Below, in pieces: positions 14,811 to 28,385 of a DNA stretch of 64,000 bases; positions within the stretch are counted from its first letter, which is position 1; each line of letters starts with the position of its first letter. Position numbers and translations under genes: made by a program. Under the pieces are notes generated by a model. That model had not been told where the DNA came from and made no database searches. It worked only from the letters and a program-made list of their open reading frames with translations. This stretch comes from the human T2T-CHM13v2.0 reference genome, Homo sapiens. Location: assembly GCF_009914755.1 (NCBI RefSeq), contig NC_060933.1. The stretch is one strand, 5' to 3'.

Positions 14811-15172
14811 CAAACAGTCCCCAACTCATGATGGTTTGACTGAACGATTTTCTGACTTACGATGGTGTGAAAGCAGTAACCATTCAGTAGAAACCATATT
14901 TTGAGTATCGAATCATTCTGGTTTTCATTTTCAGGTCGGTGTTCGATAAATTACATGAGATATTCAATTCTTTATTATAAAACAGGTTTTGTGTTAGATG
15001 ATTTTGCCCAGCTGTAGGCTAATGTGTTCTGAGCGCATTTAGCAGGCCAGGCTAAGCTATTCTGTTTGGCAGTTTAGGTAAATTAGATGCATTTTTGACT
15101 TTTGATATTTTCCATTTAATTTATGATGGGTTTATCAGGACATGATCCCATCATAAGTCTAGGAGCATCTAT
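14811..15172. mobile_element. MER47A-like Tigger MITE
   Basis: ccccaactcatgatggtttgact...cataagtctaggagcatcta. Confidence 0.7.
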
Positions 15173-15535
15173 ATAGTCTGATAATTCGAATTAAATGCAT
15201 ACAAGTAGCGTACTGCTGCAGCCGTAATTCCTAATTCATTCATTCATCAGGCATGCGTGTATGCAGCACCCATAAACTCTTTGCCAGGCATTATTCGAGG
15301 TAGACGTATGCAACTATGAAAAAAATATTGTCTTTATGCTCAAACTTCTAGTCTTTTTAAGAATGATGGTAAGAAGTGTGCAGAGTGTGGAAAAGGAACT
15401 TTTTAAAAATGTATTTAATTAGTGTAAAAAGCAAGAGAATCCCACCTAAGCAAATTTCCCCACTCTTCAGAAGTCTTAAACGGCAATTCCCAGAAATAAT
15501 TTAGATTGTGGACCTGCCCCAACTGGAAGCATGTA

Positions 15536-15898
15536 TAGCCATCCACTGCATAATGACATTTCAGCCAACAGCAGGCTGCATATACGATAATGGTATGATA
15601 GGATGTAAGATTATAATGCAGCATTTTTACTGTATCTTTTCTATGTTAAGATACAGTTAGATACAAAAATACCATTGTGTTACAACTGCCTACAGTGTTC
15701 AGTACAGCAACATGTGGCACAGGTTTGTACCTTAGGAGCAATAGGTAACCCAGGTACCTAGACCTGGTAGCCCAGGTGTGTAGTAGGCTAAACCATATAG
15801 GTTTGTGTAAGTGCACTCCATGATGTTCACACAATGATGAAATCACCTAACTTTACATTTCTCAGAGGGTATCCCTTTGTTAAGTGATGCGTGACTGT
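15536..15898. mobile_element. Tigger3a-like MITE
   Basis: gcataatgacatttcag...accattgtgttacaactgcctacag...gttaagtgatgcgtgactgta. Confidence 0.8.
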
Positions 15899-17007
15899 AT
15901 GTAGTAACATTAAATAAAATGCCACCCAGTGGAAAATCTTAGAATTGTTCTGATTCCCATTAACAGAATTTTCCCCATTTCTTTTTTCTTCTTTATAACT
16001 TCCTTAAGCAAGCCATGTTATCAAGTGCTAGTTCCCCTGAGGTTCAATATCGTATTGTTTGTTTTTACAAAGTCTATGCCATGTCAATCAACCAGTGGCC
16101 AGACGTTTCTAGAGAGCCTGAAATCCAAGACAACTGTGGAAGGACAGTCCCTACATTCTCCCTGGGGCGCTGCTGACTTTTAAGAGAAACCAGTGGCCTC
16201 CCCAATCTTTGAAAAAGGCCTCGTCAAGGCAAATCCAAACAAATTCTCCCCCAATTCCCTGTCAAACAGGTTTCATACTCAAACCCCAATGCAAAGGGAA
16301 GGGAATGTTAGATTCATTAGTTTAACACCAGCTAGGCAGGTATAGCCGAGGCTGAGCTGAAGAATAAACATTAGGAAATAAAGTTCTTTGATGGCAAAAC
16401 GCCAGAGCATAATCTCCCTCTTGAGAACCCCTCCTTAGGCCCAGGCCTCCTTCTAGACATTCCCTGTGTGTGCCTCACAGTGACTCAGACCCCTACCGCC
16501 TCCCTGCTCAGACAAGAACCTTAGAAACAAAGAGAACATGAGGAATTGGCGGTAGTTCATGGTACCGGACAGACTGGAAGCTGGACCTGGGCCGAAGGAC
16601 ATTTGGAATTCTGGGATTCCGTGGGCTTATGCATCCTCAGGGCATTTGTCCCAGGGCTGCAGGATTCTGGAGCTTTGGCATTCTGGTTGCCGGCTGGTGG
16701 GACTAAATAAATTGCCCTTTTCTGTCTCCACTCTGAATTCTTCATGGTCATGGTCTTGACTCTTGATTTACAAAATGGGATACACCAAAGCAAGATGAGG
16801 GGGCTGGCTCTGCCTGTGACTACACACTTCTGTTCCCTGGGGCTTGTGGTCAGCCCCAGCAAAACATCAAGTGCTCAGCCTTACCCATGCACAGGAGGCT
16901 CTTAATAAAGGGCAGAGACCGTAATCCTCATCTTCATCCATCTCCCTCTGACCTTCTTAAGTGCCTGGGGGCTTACATGCCGCATCAAAGGAATGAAGAA
17001 ATCTTGC

Positions 17008-17710
17008 CGATTCTCATCATTCATGATTCCATATTTGTGAATTCACCTACTTGCTAAAAGCTACTTGTCACCTCCAAATCAAACTGACGGCACTTTCACA
17101 GTCATTCTCCAACGTGTACAGAGCAGCAAAAAAAATCTAAGTCACCTGATGCAAATGTTTCCATCTGAGATCGAACAAGCTCTGGTGCTGTTAAAATTAT
17201 TCTTCCTATGGTCTATCTAGTGGCCCGTGTAATTTTCATCCTTTTTTTGGTGGCGATTTTGCTAAGATAGCACTTGATATGGTTTGGCTGTGTCCTCACC
17301 CTAATCACATCTTGAACTGTAGCTCCCTTAATCCCCATGTGTCGTGGGAGGGAACTGATGGGAAGTAATTGAATCATGGGGGTGGGTTTTTCCCGTGCTG
17401 TTCTCTTGATAGTGAATAAGGCTCACAAGATCTGACGGTTTTATAAAGGGCATTTCCCCTGCACACACTGTCTTGCCTGCTGCCATGTAAGACATGCCTT
17501 TGCTCCTTCTTCCCCTTCCACCATGATTGTGAGGCCTCCCCAGCCACATGGAACTGTGAGTCCATTAAACCTCTCTCCTCTATAAATTACCCAGTCTTGG
17601 GTTTGTCCTTATAGCAGCATGAGAACAGACTAATACGGCATCTGAGTATAGTGTGACCATAAGAATGTGACGGCCCTATGGGGAACATACATGTGTCAGA
17701 CTAGCTTCCT
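17008..17710. mobile_element. Tigger4/Zombi-like DNA transposon fragment interrupted by a THE1 LTR
   Basis: gattccatatttgtgaattcacctacttgctaaaa...ctgagatcgaacaag. Confidence 0.55.
17275..17636 (+). mobile_element. MaLR solo LTR (THE1C-like)
   Basis: tgatatggtttggctgtgtcctcacc...gagaacagactaatac. Confidence 0.9.
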
Positions 17711-19109
17711 TCAAGAGGACTCAAGATATAATCTCAGCTCATCCCCTAGTAGGGAGCTTTCGATGAATTTATCTGACCCTAAGCCCTCAGTTTCCTCATT
17801 GGTAAAATGAGGAGGGGAGGTGGGGGTGGTCTTTTCAACATTAGCAGTCTCTAGCTAAAGAACGTATTTTTTAATTATAAAGCTTCATAAATATTTGTTG
17901 TTGTGGACATTCTTTTTTCAAAGTATAAAGGCAAACACAGCCACTGTAGTCACTCTTTTTAGAGTGCTCTAAAGCAATCATTGTAACTATACTTAGCTGA
18001 GGATGTAAAGGAATGCCACTATTGATAAAGAGGTCTGTTCCTGGGATCCAGGGTGAGGCTATTCTAGGATGGCCCTGAAAATCTTGAGGATGACCAATGT
18101 GTAGGTCCGTCTCTCTTCTGTGAATCACACATCCTCAAAATAACCAGGAAGACAGCCTCAAAGGCAGTTATCCCCAAAAGATAATATTGCCCCAAACTTT
18201 TTTCTCCCTTGTCACACACATGTTCATTAGTCACCCTGGGACTCTGGACCACAGGTTTTTCCAGCTTGGGTGGACAAGCCAACGTGCAGCAAAGCTGCTC
18301 AGCCACTCTCCCAAGCAAGAACCCGAGATTCTTTGTTGTAATCAGGTGCATAAGGAAACCTGTTGGGGTCAGTGCAAAGTGTCTCTCTCCTCAAGCATCT
18401 CAAAGTTACACAGACATTTAACCAAGTCTCCTATTTCCTGTCAAAAAATCCCAACCGAGCAACCAGACGAGCACAGGTAGGTGGTGAGTGACAGATATTT
18501 GTGCAAAAATTAGATGTGGTCTCGTGAAGTCCCCACAGCCCAGGAACATTTCACTCAATCTAGTGATGTCCATGCTCACTATGTGCTGGTCTCACACCGC
18601 ATCCCAGGGGAAGCGGATATAACTCCACAGAGGCTGACTTGAGAGACACGATCCAGTAAGAGGCTGGACTGCTTGATCCAGAACCCCGTAGAAATACACT
18701 GGTCCTGTCAGCAGGTCTGAGATAGACGTGTAGCCAAGTGACAAGCTCCAGTACAGCCTTAGGATTCACCAAAGTCACCCCTACTCATGTGACGTGTGAG
18801 GCAGACAGATTTGCCTTTAAGTAGCAACAAAGAATATCTGCACTCCAGATCTTGGTGGAGAATTTAGTCTCTCTGCCGCCTAACTCTTACCAAATTTTGA
18901 AACAAATGGTATCTATGGATGATTTTCCTGAAGTACATTCAGTCCAGCGATGCCTTTATAAGCATTTTCCAGAGTGGTACATTAAACAAAACACTACTCT
19001 ACAAAACGTGGTACATATCCTTAAAAAAAAGTTCCTTGATCAAATTAGTTTAGGACAAAGTCTGAAAAAGTTACCCAAGTTTTCTAGTTAACTGCAGAAC
19101 TGCACACAA

Positions 19110-19687
19110 GTGTGTGTGTGTGTGTGTGTGTGTATGTGCATGTGTATGTGTGTGTGTGGTGTGTATGTGTATGGAAGTGTGTCAGTGGTGTGTGTGGAGG
19201 TATATGTGTGTGTGCTGTGCATATGTGTATGTCTGTGGTGTGTATGTGTGTGTGGTGTGCTTATGTGTATGTGTATGGTGTGTGTGTGGTGTGTGTATGT
19301 GTGTGGTGTATGTGTGTGGTGCATGTGTGTGGTTTGTGTCTGTGTGTGTGGCGTGTATGTGTATGTGTGTGGTGTGTTTGTGGTATGTGTGTATGTGTAT
19401 GGTGTGTATGTGTATGTGTGTGGTGTGTCTGTGTGGTGTGTATGTGTGTGGTGTGTATGTGTGTGGTGTGTATGTGTGTGTGGTATGTGTGTACGTGTGG
19501 TGTGTATGTGTGTGGTGTGTGTGGTATGTGTGTGTTGTGTGGTGTGTGTGTATGTGTGTGGTGTGTGTGTAGTATCTGTGTATGTGTGGTGTGGTGTGTG
19601 GTATGTGTGTAGTGTGTTTATGTATGTGTGGGGTGTGTGTGTATGTATATGTGTGCGGTGTGTGTGTTTGTGTGTGTGTCTGTGTGG
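19110..19687. repeat. ~580-bp degenerate (TG)n / GGTGTGTATGTGTGT-type tandem repeat
   Basis: Visible TG-rich array; source of the Cys/Val and His/Thr ORFs in the track. Confidence 0.97.
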
Positions 19688-19714
19688 TACATGTACCCCT
19701 TAGGGCAGGGATCT

Positions 19715-20404
19715 GCTGTGGTCTGAAAGTTTGTGTCTCTCCAAAATCCATACGTTGAACTCTCATCCCCAACGTGGAGGTATTAAGGAGTGGGGCTTCT
19801 GAGTGGGGACTAGGTCATGAAGGTGGAGTCCTCATGAATGACTTTGTGCCCTTTTAAAAGAGGTCTGAGCTGGGCACATTGGTTCATGCCTGTAAGCCCA
19901 AGGACACAGGAGGCTGAGGCAGGAGGACTGCTTGACGCCAGGAGTTCAAGACCAGCCTGGACAACATAGCGACATTCCCTCATCCCTAAAAACAAATAAA
20001 CAAACAAGTAACCAGCCGGGTGGTGTGTGTACCTGCAGTCCCAGCTACTTGAGAGGCTGAGGCAGGAGGATGGCGTCAGCCCAAGAGTTCGAGGTTACAG
20101 TGAGCCATGATTGCACCACTGCACTCTAGCCTGGGTGACAGAGCAAGACCCTGTTCCTGAAAAAATAAAAAATAAAAATAAAAAGAGGCCTGAGGGAGCT
20201 TGTGTGTCCCTTCCGCCATGCGAAGACACCAAGAAGATGCCATCTCTGAGGAGCAGACTCTCACCAGACAGCACATCTGCTAGTGCCTTCATCTTAGACT
20301 TCTGCAGACTTCCCAATCCCCAGAACTGTGAGCAGTAAACGCTACTCTTTATAAATTACCCAGCCTAAGGTATTCTGTTATAGCAGCCTGAATAGACTAA
20401 GACA
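19715..20404 (+). mobile_element. MaLR LTR (MLT1A/MST-like) interrupted by an AluJ
   Basis: tgctgtggtctgaaagtttgtgtc...tagcagcctgaatagactaagaca. Confidence 0.8.
19867..20185 (+). mobile_element. Alu (AluJ-like), TSD aaaagagg(t/c)ctgag
   Basis: Alu dimer inside the LTR with flanking duplication. Confidence 0.9.
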
Positions 20405-21961
20405 GATATTAGTCTCTTTTCTTCATTAATGTACTCCCACGTGCCTAGAATGGTGGTTCGCACATCAATATTCTTTGAATGAATAAATGAATCTTACCTG
20501 AAAATCTTTACATTCAATAAATACTGACAAAATACAATGAAGTCAAGGAGCAATATGCATTAACAAAATGCAACAGTTCATGAAAATGTGTAACTATGCG
20601 CACCAAACTCTTAACCATTCAGTCACTTAGAAAGATAATCCACATGTGTATGGCTTAAAAACAACAGCAAGAACAGCCCTGAAGCTACAACAGGATTCCT
20701 TCAACAAATGCAGCATTTAGTGAGAATTTATGGAACTGAGCAAACCTGAGCAATCATAAGCCTGCAGCCACCACAACAAATACAGCAACATGGAGTGGGG
20801 AGGCCCGAACACAGCACAGAGCTTTTGATATGCTAGTTTTATTATGAGTTTCCAAAGAGCAGCTTTACGATACACTACTTGCCAAATACATATAGTTCAA
20901 TGGCAACTGGGGATCCATTTTCTCACAGGATAAAACTGCTCAGACTCCAGCCGATTCCATAGCTTGTAAAAGTCAGAAGTCTTGCTGCAGTTTCTGCTAA
21001 TGCTCAGAAGTGAAAGCTTCATGATTCAGTATCTCTTCTCATTTGCACAGGCACAAAGCTCAGGCTCCTCGCCCGCTCCGTGCAGCATCCGATCTCTTCA
21101 AAATCTTGGATTTCACAAGGAAGAACCGCATTGCCCAGCCTTCCACTACCTGCGTAGTTCCACCCCACACCCCCGGCTCCCCTCTTTCTACTTCTCCTGA
21201 AGCTTTGGATTTGGTGGTTCCAAAGTCTTCACCGTTTCTTACAAAAGTGACTTCCCCTTTCCTCTAACACTAAGACATAAAGGAGGAAGTCTCAGATTCT
21301 ACCCCTAAACTTGTCAGTCTGATCTACTTCTGTGAACCCCCTTTGTTTTTGGGTGGCCCATTATCCATTCTCTCTCCTTCGGGTTACAACTGAGCTTGGG
21401 AGGATAACCTTTCGCTCGCTGTGTGCATCTTGGCACACCTGTTAATTCAGGTCTCCTGCTCTCCTGTGGCTAAGTGCCAGGCCACTCAGACTTTGCTGAG
21501 CTGTTGAACCTTGAGGGGAGTTATCTGATAATAGTGGGGACGGGGAAAAGGAACAGATGAAATTCTTTTATTTTGGTGGCAACTGGCCATCAGGATTTTT
21601 TTTTTTTTTTTTTGGAAGTGAGACCCCTGGAGTTTTCAGGTTCCTGTCCATTCTGAGACTGTTTCTTTAGCCTGCTCCTTGATTCCATGACCTCACTATA
21701 GCCTTTCCATAAACTCTCTTCTGCAAATGTGAGTCAGTTTATTTCTGTTGCTTACAACCCAGAAACCTGACTCTCTGCCCCACCAGTAGAGCAAAGGCCT
21801 TTCTAATGCGAACAGTCAGGGTCAACGAAAAAAGTTGTTTTGCTTTTAATGTGACACATATATTAGCATCTCCCATGAATGTTTAGTTTGGGAAATGCCC
21901 TAGATGTTCTGGATTTTATTTCTGAATCTATTCAAAGGCTGTGGATTCCAGCCATATGGTT

Positions 21962-22555
21962 TGCATTAGTTTTCTATTGCTGTGTAACAAATTGCCACAA
22001 ACTCAGCAGCTTGAAACAATACCTTTTGATGATCTCAAAGTTTCTGTAGGTCGGAAGTCCAGGCAATGGTATAACTGGGTTCTCTGTGCAAGGTCTCACA
22101 AGGCTGAAATCAAGATGTTTGCTGGCTGTGCTCTCATCCAAGCTCATTCAGGCTGATGGCAGGATCCAGGTCCTCAGGACTGTAGGACTGAGGTCCCTGT
22201 TGTCTCATCAGCTGTCACCTGAAGGTCTCTCTCAGCTCCTAGAGGCTGCCCTCAGTTCCTGGCCATGTGGCTCTCTCACAGCATGGCAGTATCCTTCTTC
22301 AAGGCTAGCAGAGACTCTCCTTGAACTCTAGATCTTCTTTAATGGGCTGATTAGGTCAGAACACCCAGGATTATCTCCTTTTGATTACTTAAAGCCACTG
22401 ATTAGGGACTTCATTACATCGGGACTTCACTTTGTATATCCCATAATCTAATCGTGGGAGTGACAGCCAACACTGTCCTGCCCACACCCAAAGGGGAAGA
22501 GATTATGCAGGACGTGTACACCAGGGGGCGTGAATCTCAGAATTCTGCCCAGCAC
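21962..22555 (-). mobile_element. MaLR LTR (MLT1E-like)
   Basis: tgcattagttttctattgctgtgtaacaaattgccacaaactcagcagctt...aggctgaaatcaag. Confidence 0.7.
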
Positions 22556-23054
22556 ATGGTCTTGTTCCCAGTTCTCTGGGGAGCAAAACTACCTCTTACT
22601 TTTCCCTCGGCTTATATTTTTAAAGTGTCTACGATACCTCATATAGGGTTATTGTTAGGGTTACTGTCTCTGTTCACATGATGCCCCACATAAGGAATAT
22701 ATATTCTTGGAGTTAAGAACCAAGACCCCTTATGCTTCGCTGAGAGACTGGTAGGTTTTGCCTTGTGGTCCATAGGAATCGCATGAGTGAACCTGATTCT
22801 CTTTTCACTTTAGCTAGTGGGAAGCTCAGAAACAAATATGTGGCTAAGTCTAAGTAACTGAGTAGAAGTTTATGAGTACTTGTATCTTACAATACCTGTG
22901 TTTCATTCCCCCACAGGCCCCTGCCCAGCCTCACTCTTTCATTTTAATTCAAAAACTTTTCTGGCACTGATTACTATTTTAAGGTAGACAGTCTTATAAG
23001 TAGCCTCTAACGTGTTGTATAAGGAAATAGGGTATACATAAAAATGAAATAAAA

Positions 23055-23275
23055 TAATAATAATAGCTAATCTAAACTGAGCCATTATTGTGACCACCTA
23101 GTATAAGCATGATCATATATGATCTTTACAACCACTCCAGGAAATAAGATACTTTAATACCCTTATTTAATAGATAAGGAAACAGATGAGGCCTAGAGAA
23201 GATAAGTAGTACCAGAACAACCATTCAATTCCAAGCGTGCCTGACCAACAGAGCCTAGGCTGTTAACCATCACAC
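23055..23275 (-). mobile_element. MIR
   Basis: aataataatagctaa...tagataaggaaacag...gaggcctagagaag core. Confidence 0.6.
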
Positions 23276-25194
23276 CCTATTGATTTAAATACATTTACAT
23301 TTTAAAGGAAGGAAAGAGTGGGGACAGTTGGCTGCCTGTGCAACTCTCCAGACTAGAAAGAGACCATTACACATGTTGTAAAGCCCAGAGGAATAGTTTT
23401 CTGCACATCTTGCCTGGCAAGTGCTCTTCTACAATGTAAAACAAACTTCTCTGAAGTACAGAACTTGGTAATAGCTAAACCCCGCTTGAAAGTAGAAAAC
23501 GAAGTTCCAGAAATAGAAGAAGGGCTTGGAAACAAGTAAGTAAGCATTTTCCTTGGTAAGTTATAAACAGGTGTAAGAGAATATCTGACACCAAGACCCA
23601 AAAGCACGATGTGACTGTTTCCATATGGAAGACTTGCTAATATTCACCGTGGAACTGAGGAGTAACGTATGTTCTTTCTAAAACAGAGTATGAAAAACTA
23701 GAGTTGATAAGACACATTCTGAAGGTACATCGCTGATGCCAGCCCACATTCTTTAACCCTACTCCAAAGGATATTATTTATACAATAAATATAATATAGT
23801 TATTGGAAAATATTATAGTAAAAATAAATACAATATTTAAAAAATAAATCAGCTAATAATTATTGTCAGAGGTTTACATCCATATCAATATCAATGTGAT
23901 GTTTATGAAAAAAAATAAACACAGCTGACTAGTTTACGTACTTACCTAGGACCATAAATAGCCTTGACTAGGGACAGCCAGGACTTAGGTTTCATGCCTG
24001 TGACTCACTAGGATTCACTGTGACTCACGACGCCACGTAGTGGCAGCTTCCACAATTGCAAGCCCATTAACAGAAGCAAGACCCAGGGTGCTTACTTTAT
24101 ACCTAACACTTACAAAGTTTCAGCCAGAACGACGTAGCTAGGTTTTATCTTGAAGTCTGTTTCAGAGCTAATATGAAGGTAAGAACCCAGGCATTCTGAC
24201 CCTTTGAGAAAGTGGGAGCGAGAGAGAAAGAGAGAGACAAGGAGAGAGAAAAAGAAAGAGACTGAGTTAGAGTTTAGTGGAAGGCGCATCTTTGCTGCAA
24301 CTTTTCAAGTTAGTAGAATATTATCACCAACACAAAATGCCCCTTGGGGGTCTATGTTCTATAAATTCGAATTTTATTAGTAGTTCTTTGAAGTACATAA
24401 AAATTGACAAGAGAACTTAAGTTGCTTCCTGCAATTATAAAGTGAATGAGTGGTAAAGGGACTAAGCCCAATTGTGTATGCCCGTAAGCTTTCCATAGTA
24501 CTCCATCAGTGTCTTATAGACAGCTCTGTGTGATGGACCGGCAATGCCCTACCGGAGTGTGAGAAAGCAGCCAAGAGGGCAGCTGATTTCCCTTGCACAC
24601 AAGGACACATGTGAGGTTGTCCTACTCTTTGCACTGAATTTAACTACATGTTTCCAGCGACCACATTTCCCATTGACATGCCTTTTACTTCATAAGCACC
24701 TTCATCCGGGCTATAGACACCCTCACGCCGCCCAGCCTGCTACTCTTAATAAATTTTCAAAATCCTGCTCCAATGATAATTCAAGTCTAGTTTTGTAGTA
24801 GTTCTCCCTCAACACCAAAGCTTACAGATTTTTAAATAAAAAGGTCCTCCTTGGCTCACAGAGAATCATCCAACAACATTCCTTGCTCTGCTTTTTTTTT
24901 TCTTTTTCTTTTTTCTTGGTGTTTCACTTTTTCCACTCTTTTCAATTGCTTGAAAAACTCTTAAGCACACCAAAACAAACATCTGGGTCACAGCTTGCTT
25001 TAATGATGTGCTTTTGAAACGGTGGTTTTAATCCTGGATGCATTTTTGGTTGTTTTCCTTTTGTAGTGATAGCCCACAGGCATTTCTGCCTGGGATCGGG
25101 ATCATAATGAGGGGAACAGGGCACTCCAGATTTCCCAAGGGCCTGCTTATTAACACCCCAGCCTTGCGCTTCTCAGAGCGTATGTCCTGTCTTT

Positions 25195-25210
25195 CCTCTA
25201 GATGGCACTG
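25195..25210 (+). promoter_or_regulatory. Candidate CTCF core motif
   Basis: CCTCTAGATGGCACTG fits CC(A/T)(C/G)(C/T)AG(A/G)(G/T)GGC(A/G)(C/G); motif only, no binding data. Confidence 0.45.
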
Positions 25211-25542
25211 TGGAGCAGAGGCGACTGTCTTAGGGACCCGCTTCTTCCTCTATCAGCCATTACCCACTTCTCTGCAGGTGAAACCAGGCCCAAGTGCACA
25301 GCTTTGAGGGGGAAAAGAAAGTCTCCTGGGAACTCTTTGCAGCCTGGGGAGAATGTGGAAGCAGTGGATGTTCTGTCTGGGTAGCAGTGTGGCGGACTAG
25401 GAATGGGCTGGCCACGCGCGCCTGAACCTGCAGTGGGTTTCTGATGGATTAGTGACTGGTGAGAAGACCCCATCACAGTAGGGCACAGTTAGCGAAAGTT
25501 CCGGATTTAGTTAGCCCAGATATCAAAGTCTCATCAGAATAT

Positions 25543-25632
25543 GGTTGCCAAATAAAAATACAGGACATCAGTTAAATTTGGATTTCGGATAAACAACAAA
25601 CGCTTTTTTAGTATAAGGATGCCCCACGTATT
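25543..25632. mobile_element. MER53-like half element
   Basis: ggttgcca...aaatacaggaca...gttaaatttggatttcggataaacaac. Confidence 0.7.
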
Positions 25633-26105
25633 TGAAGAGAACTTGCACTGAAGTCTCTTCTCAATTTACTGTACTGTTTTCCTAGAGTAAAGATACTAAA
25701 GAAATCTGTGCACTTTTGTATCACAGATTGTTTATCAACATCGAGGGCTTTTCTCTGGCTTTCAAAGCAAATTTGGCATTAGCAGGGCTACATCCCGAGG
25801 GGACACAGCAGAAATCAGGGCCCATTTATTCCTGAACAGTATCTCTACTGTGCTTTCCAGAGTTCCACAAAGTCCACCTCTCTGCAGAACCTAAGCTCCT
25901 TTTATCACAAGCTGGAGCGGGGGGGGGGGGGTTGTCCTCTTCTCCCCCTTGCCCAAGACTCTAGCCCCACCTCCTCATGGCACTCTGTCACCAACAATAA
26001 GTCATCGCCCTCCATCCCTTGCTCATGATAAAAAAGTAAGGGACATGCGCAACAATGAGAATGTACTTCATGCCACTGAATTGTACACTTAAAAATGGCT
26101 AAAGT

Positions 26106-26280
26106 GGCTGGGTGTGGTGGCACGCGCCTGTAATCCCAGCTACTCAGGAGGCTGAGGCACAAGAGTCACTTGAACCCGGGAGGTGGAGGTTGCAGTGAGC
26201 TGAGATCACGTCACTACCCTCCAGCCTGGGCGACAGAGTGAGACCCAGTCTCAGGGAAAAAAAAGAAAAAAAGAAAAAAG
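26106..26280 (+). mobile_element. Alu right monomer inserted in an old L1 3' tail
   Basis: ggctgggtgtggtggcacgcgcctg...; flanks aaaaatggctaaagt / aaaaaggctaaaat; host L1 tail ~26050-26325. Confidence 0.85.
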
Positions 26281-27099
26281 GCTAAAATAGCAAATGTTAT
26301 GTTAGGTATATTTTACCACAATTAAACATAAGGAGCAGGGGGATTGTCTTACTGTAAGATTGCCTGCAGCTCAGCCCAAGCCCAGCCTGCCCTCACCTCA
26401 AAGTCTTCTCCAGTGCCCTCCTGCCTGGGTAATCCAAGCAAAATGACGCCTGGCCTCGCCTCCTGTCTGCTTCCATGTGCTCTTTCCTGGGCAGTGTGCA
26501 GACCCAGGATGTCTCTTTGCAACTTCCTCCCCAACATACGGCCCCAGGCACCGCCTCTTGCCTCAGGAGACCCCACTGCTCTCAGGTCCTCATCTCCAAG
26601 GTCCCACCCGCAAGCTCTTTCCTGAGCTCTCCACTGTCAGTCCCACTTGCAGGGGAGGCTGGGCCTATAATTTCTGCTATTTATAAGCTATTAGCAATGC
26701 CTGATCCCTCAACAATTTCATTTTTTATTTTCCAAATGTCAAATGAGCTTCTCAGCAGCCAAGCCTAATAATGTGTCCTTATTTGACCCCAGACTCCCCT
26801 GACTTCCAGGTACAAGGCTTTCTCACAGCCCACGGGGCCTAGAAAGTGCCTTATATCCTCCTGGCATCTCTCGCCCACCCTCTGCCAGGTATTCTGTGCC
26901 CTGCCCATCCCGCTACCCCACTGTGGCCGGGCAGAGGAGACTGGTTTGTGTCCTTGTGCGGGCACCAATGGGTCTCGTGGATCCCCTATAGCTCCCTGCA
27001 TTTCTCACGGACAAGTTCATTTCCCTCTCTGCTTTGGTCTCCCTGTTCTTTTTCTCCCATCCTCCAAACCTCCCATCAGAAAAATTCTTCCAAACTCTA

Positions 27100-27540
27100 G
27101 TGAGCTGAATCGTGTCTCCATCAAATTATCTCCTCCTGGAACCTCGGAATTTAACCTTACTTGGAAAGAGGGTCTTCACTGATGTCATTGAAGTACGGAT
27201 TGAGATGAGGTCACGTTGGATTAGGATGGACCCTAAATCCAATGAGAGTGCCTGTAAGAGACAGAAGAGGACAGAGGGAGACACAGGGCAGAGGCCGACG
27301 TGAGGATGGAAGCTGAGATTGCAGTGTTGTGTCCGCAAGCCGAGGAACACCAAGGGTTGCCGGCCACCAGCAGCAGCTGGGAGAGAGGCATGGAAAAGAT
27401 TCTCCCTTGGAGGCTCCAGGGGGAACCAGCCCTGCCGACACCTTGATTTCTGACTGCTGGCCTCCTGACCTCTGAGAGAATAAAGTTCTGTTGTTCTAAG
27501 CCACTCAGTTTGTTAAGACAGCCCCAGGAAATTAATTCAT
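27100..27540 (+). mobile_element. MaLR LTR (MLT1C/D-like)
   Basis: accttacttggaaagagggtctt...gacaccttgatttc...aataaagttctgttgttctaagccac. Confidence 0.8.
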
Positions 27541-28229
27541 AAACCAACTGGCAAAACTCTGGACAGACGGGGACCAATGACTGAGCCTTGGCTGGGAGGG
27601 CGTCTGCAAGCAACTGTGATGGACTAGAATCCCTGCAGGTCCTCACGGGAGCTCCTAGGAAAGAAAGGGCTGTGGGGACGAGTGCGCAGGAAGCAAAGAG
27701 AAAGAAATGAAGGGGCCAAAAAAGCATCTTTAGCCAGATCTGCCCCCTGACTACGCCTCGGCTATGGGGGATGGAAAGGGTGTGCCCAAGAATGAAAAGA
27801 ACGAAGTGCATTATCACCATCACAGGCTGTGGGGTGTGGATGGAAGAGCAGGGGCCAGGTCCAGTGTCGTTGACTTTGTTTTTTTGTAAATTGGATTTAT
27901 TTATAGCACCTCTCCCTTACAGGTCTCACCGAAAAACCAAACCAAATCAACCCAGTGGGATCACAGACGTCAAGGGCTCAGAAAATAAAGTATAAAGTTA
28001 GTTTGTTAACCCTAAAGCTGTTCTCTAACTCAATTTATCTAAGGGAGACAGTTCCATTAGCTGTGATAAGTGGCAGATATCCAGCCTTCACTCATGCTGA
28101 TCAGTCACTGAATGATGGGCCTTCATGAGTCCCAGGTGGGTCCCCAGCAGGCTCTCACCAGGCCCCCGCGGAGGGCTGCAGGGGGTGGCATCCGCGCTGT
28201 GAGTGCTGCAAAACTTGGCTGTCCAAAGT

Positions 28230-28385
28230 GAGCTCCTCAGACCAGCCACAGCACACCAGCATGGGAGCAAGAGAGTTTGCTAACAATGCAGAATCTCGGC
28301 TCCCACCCCAGATAATGACTCTGAAGCTGCGCCTTAGCAAGATCCCGGGTAGTTCATTTGCATTATTAACATTGAGAAGCTCTGG
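28230..28385. mobile_element. MER5-like hAT MITE
   Basis: aatgcagaatctcggctcccacccca...ttgagaagctctg. Confidence 0.6.

Noticed and set aside
19088-19772. 150-200 aa Cys/Val-rich and His/Thr-rich ORFs
   Set aside because: Translations of the TG/CA repeat, which lacks stop codons by composition.
20500-25500. Exons of the antisense lncRNA GNA14-AS1, which I recall lying within this gene
   Set aside because: Plus-strand splice-like signals exist (e.g. near 20928, 23536, 24179) but exons cannot be placed from sequence alone.
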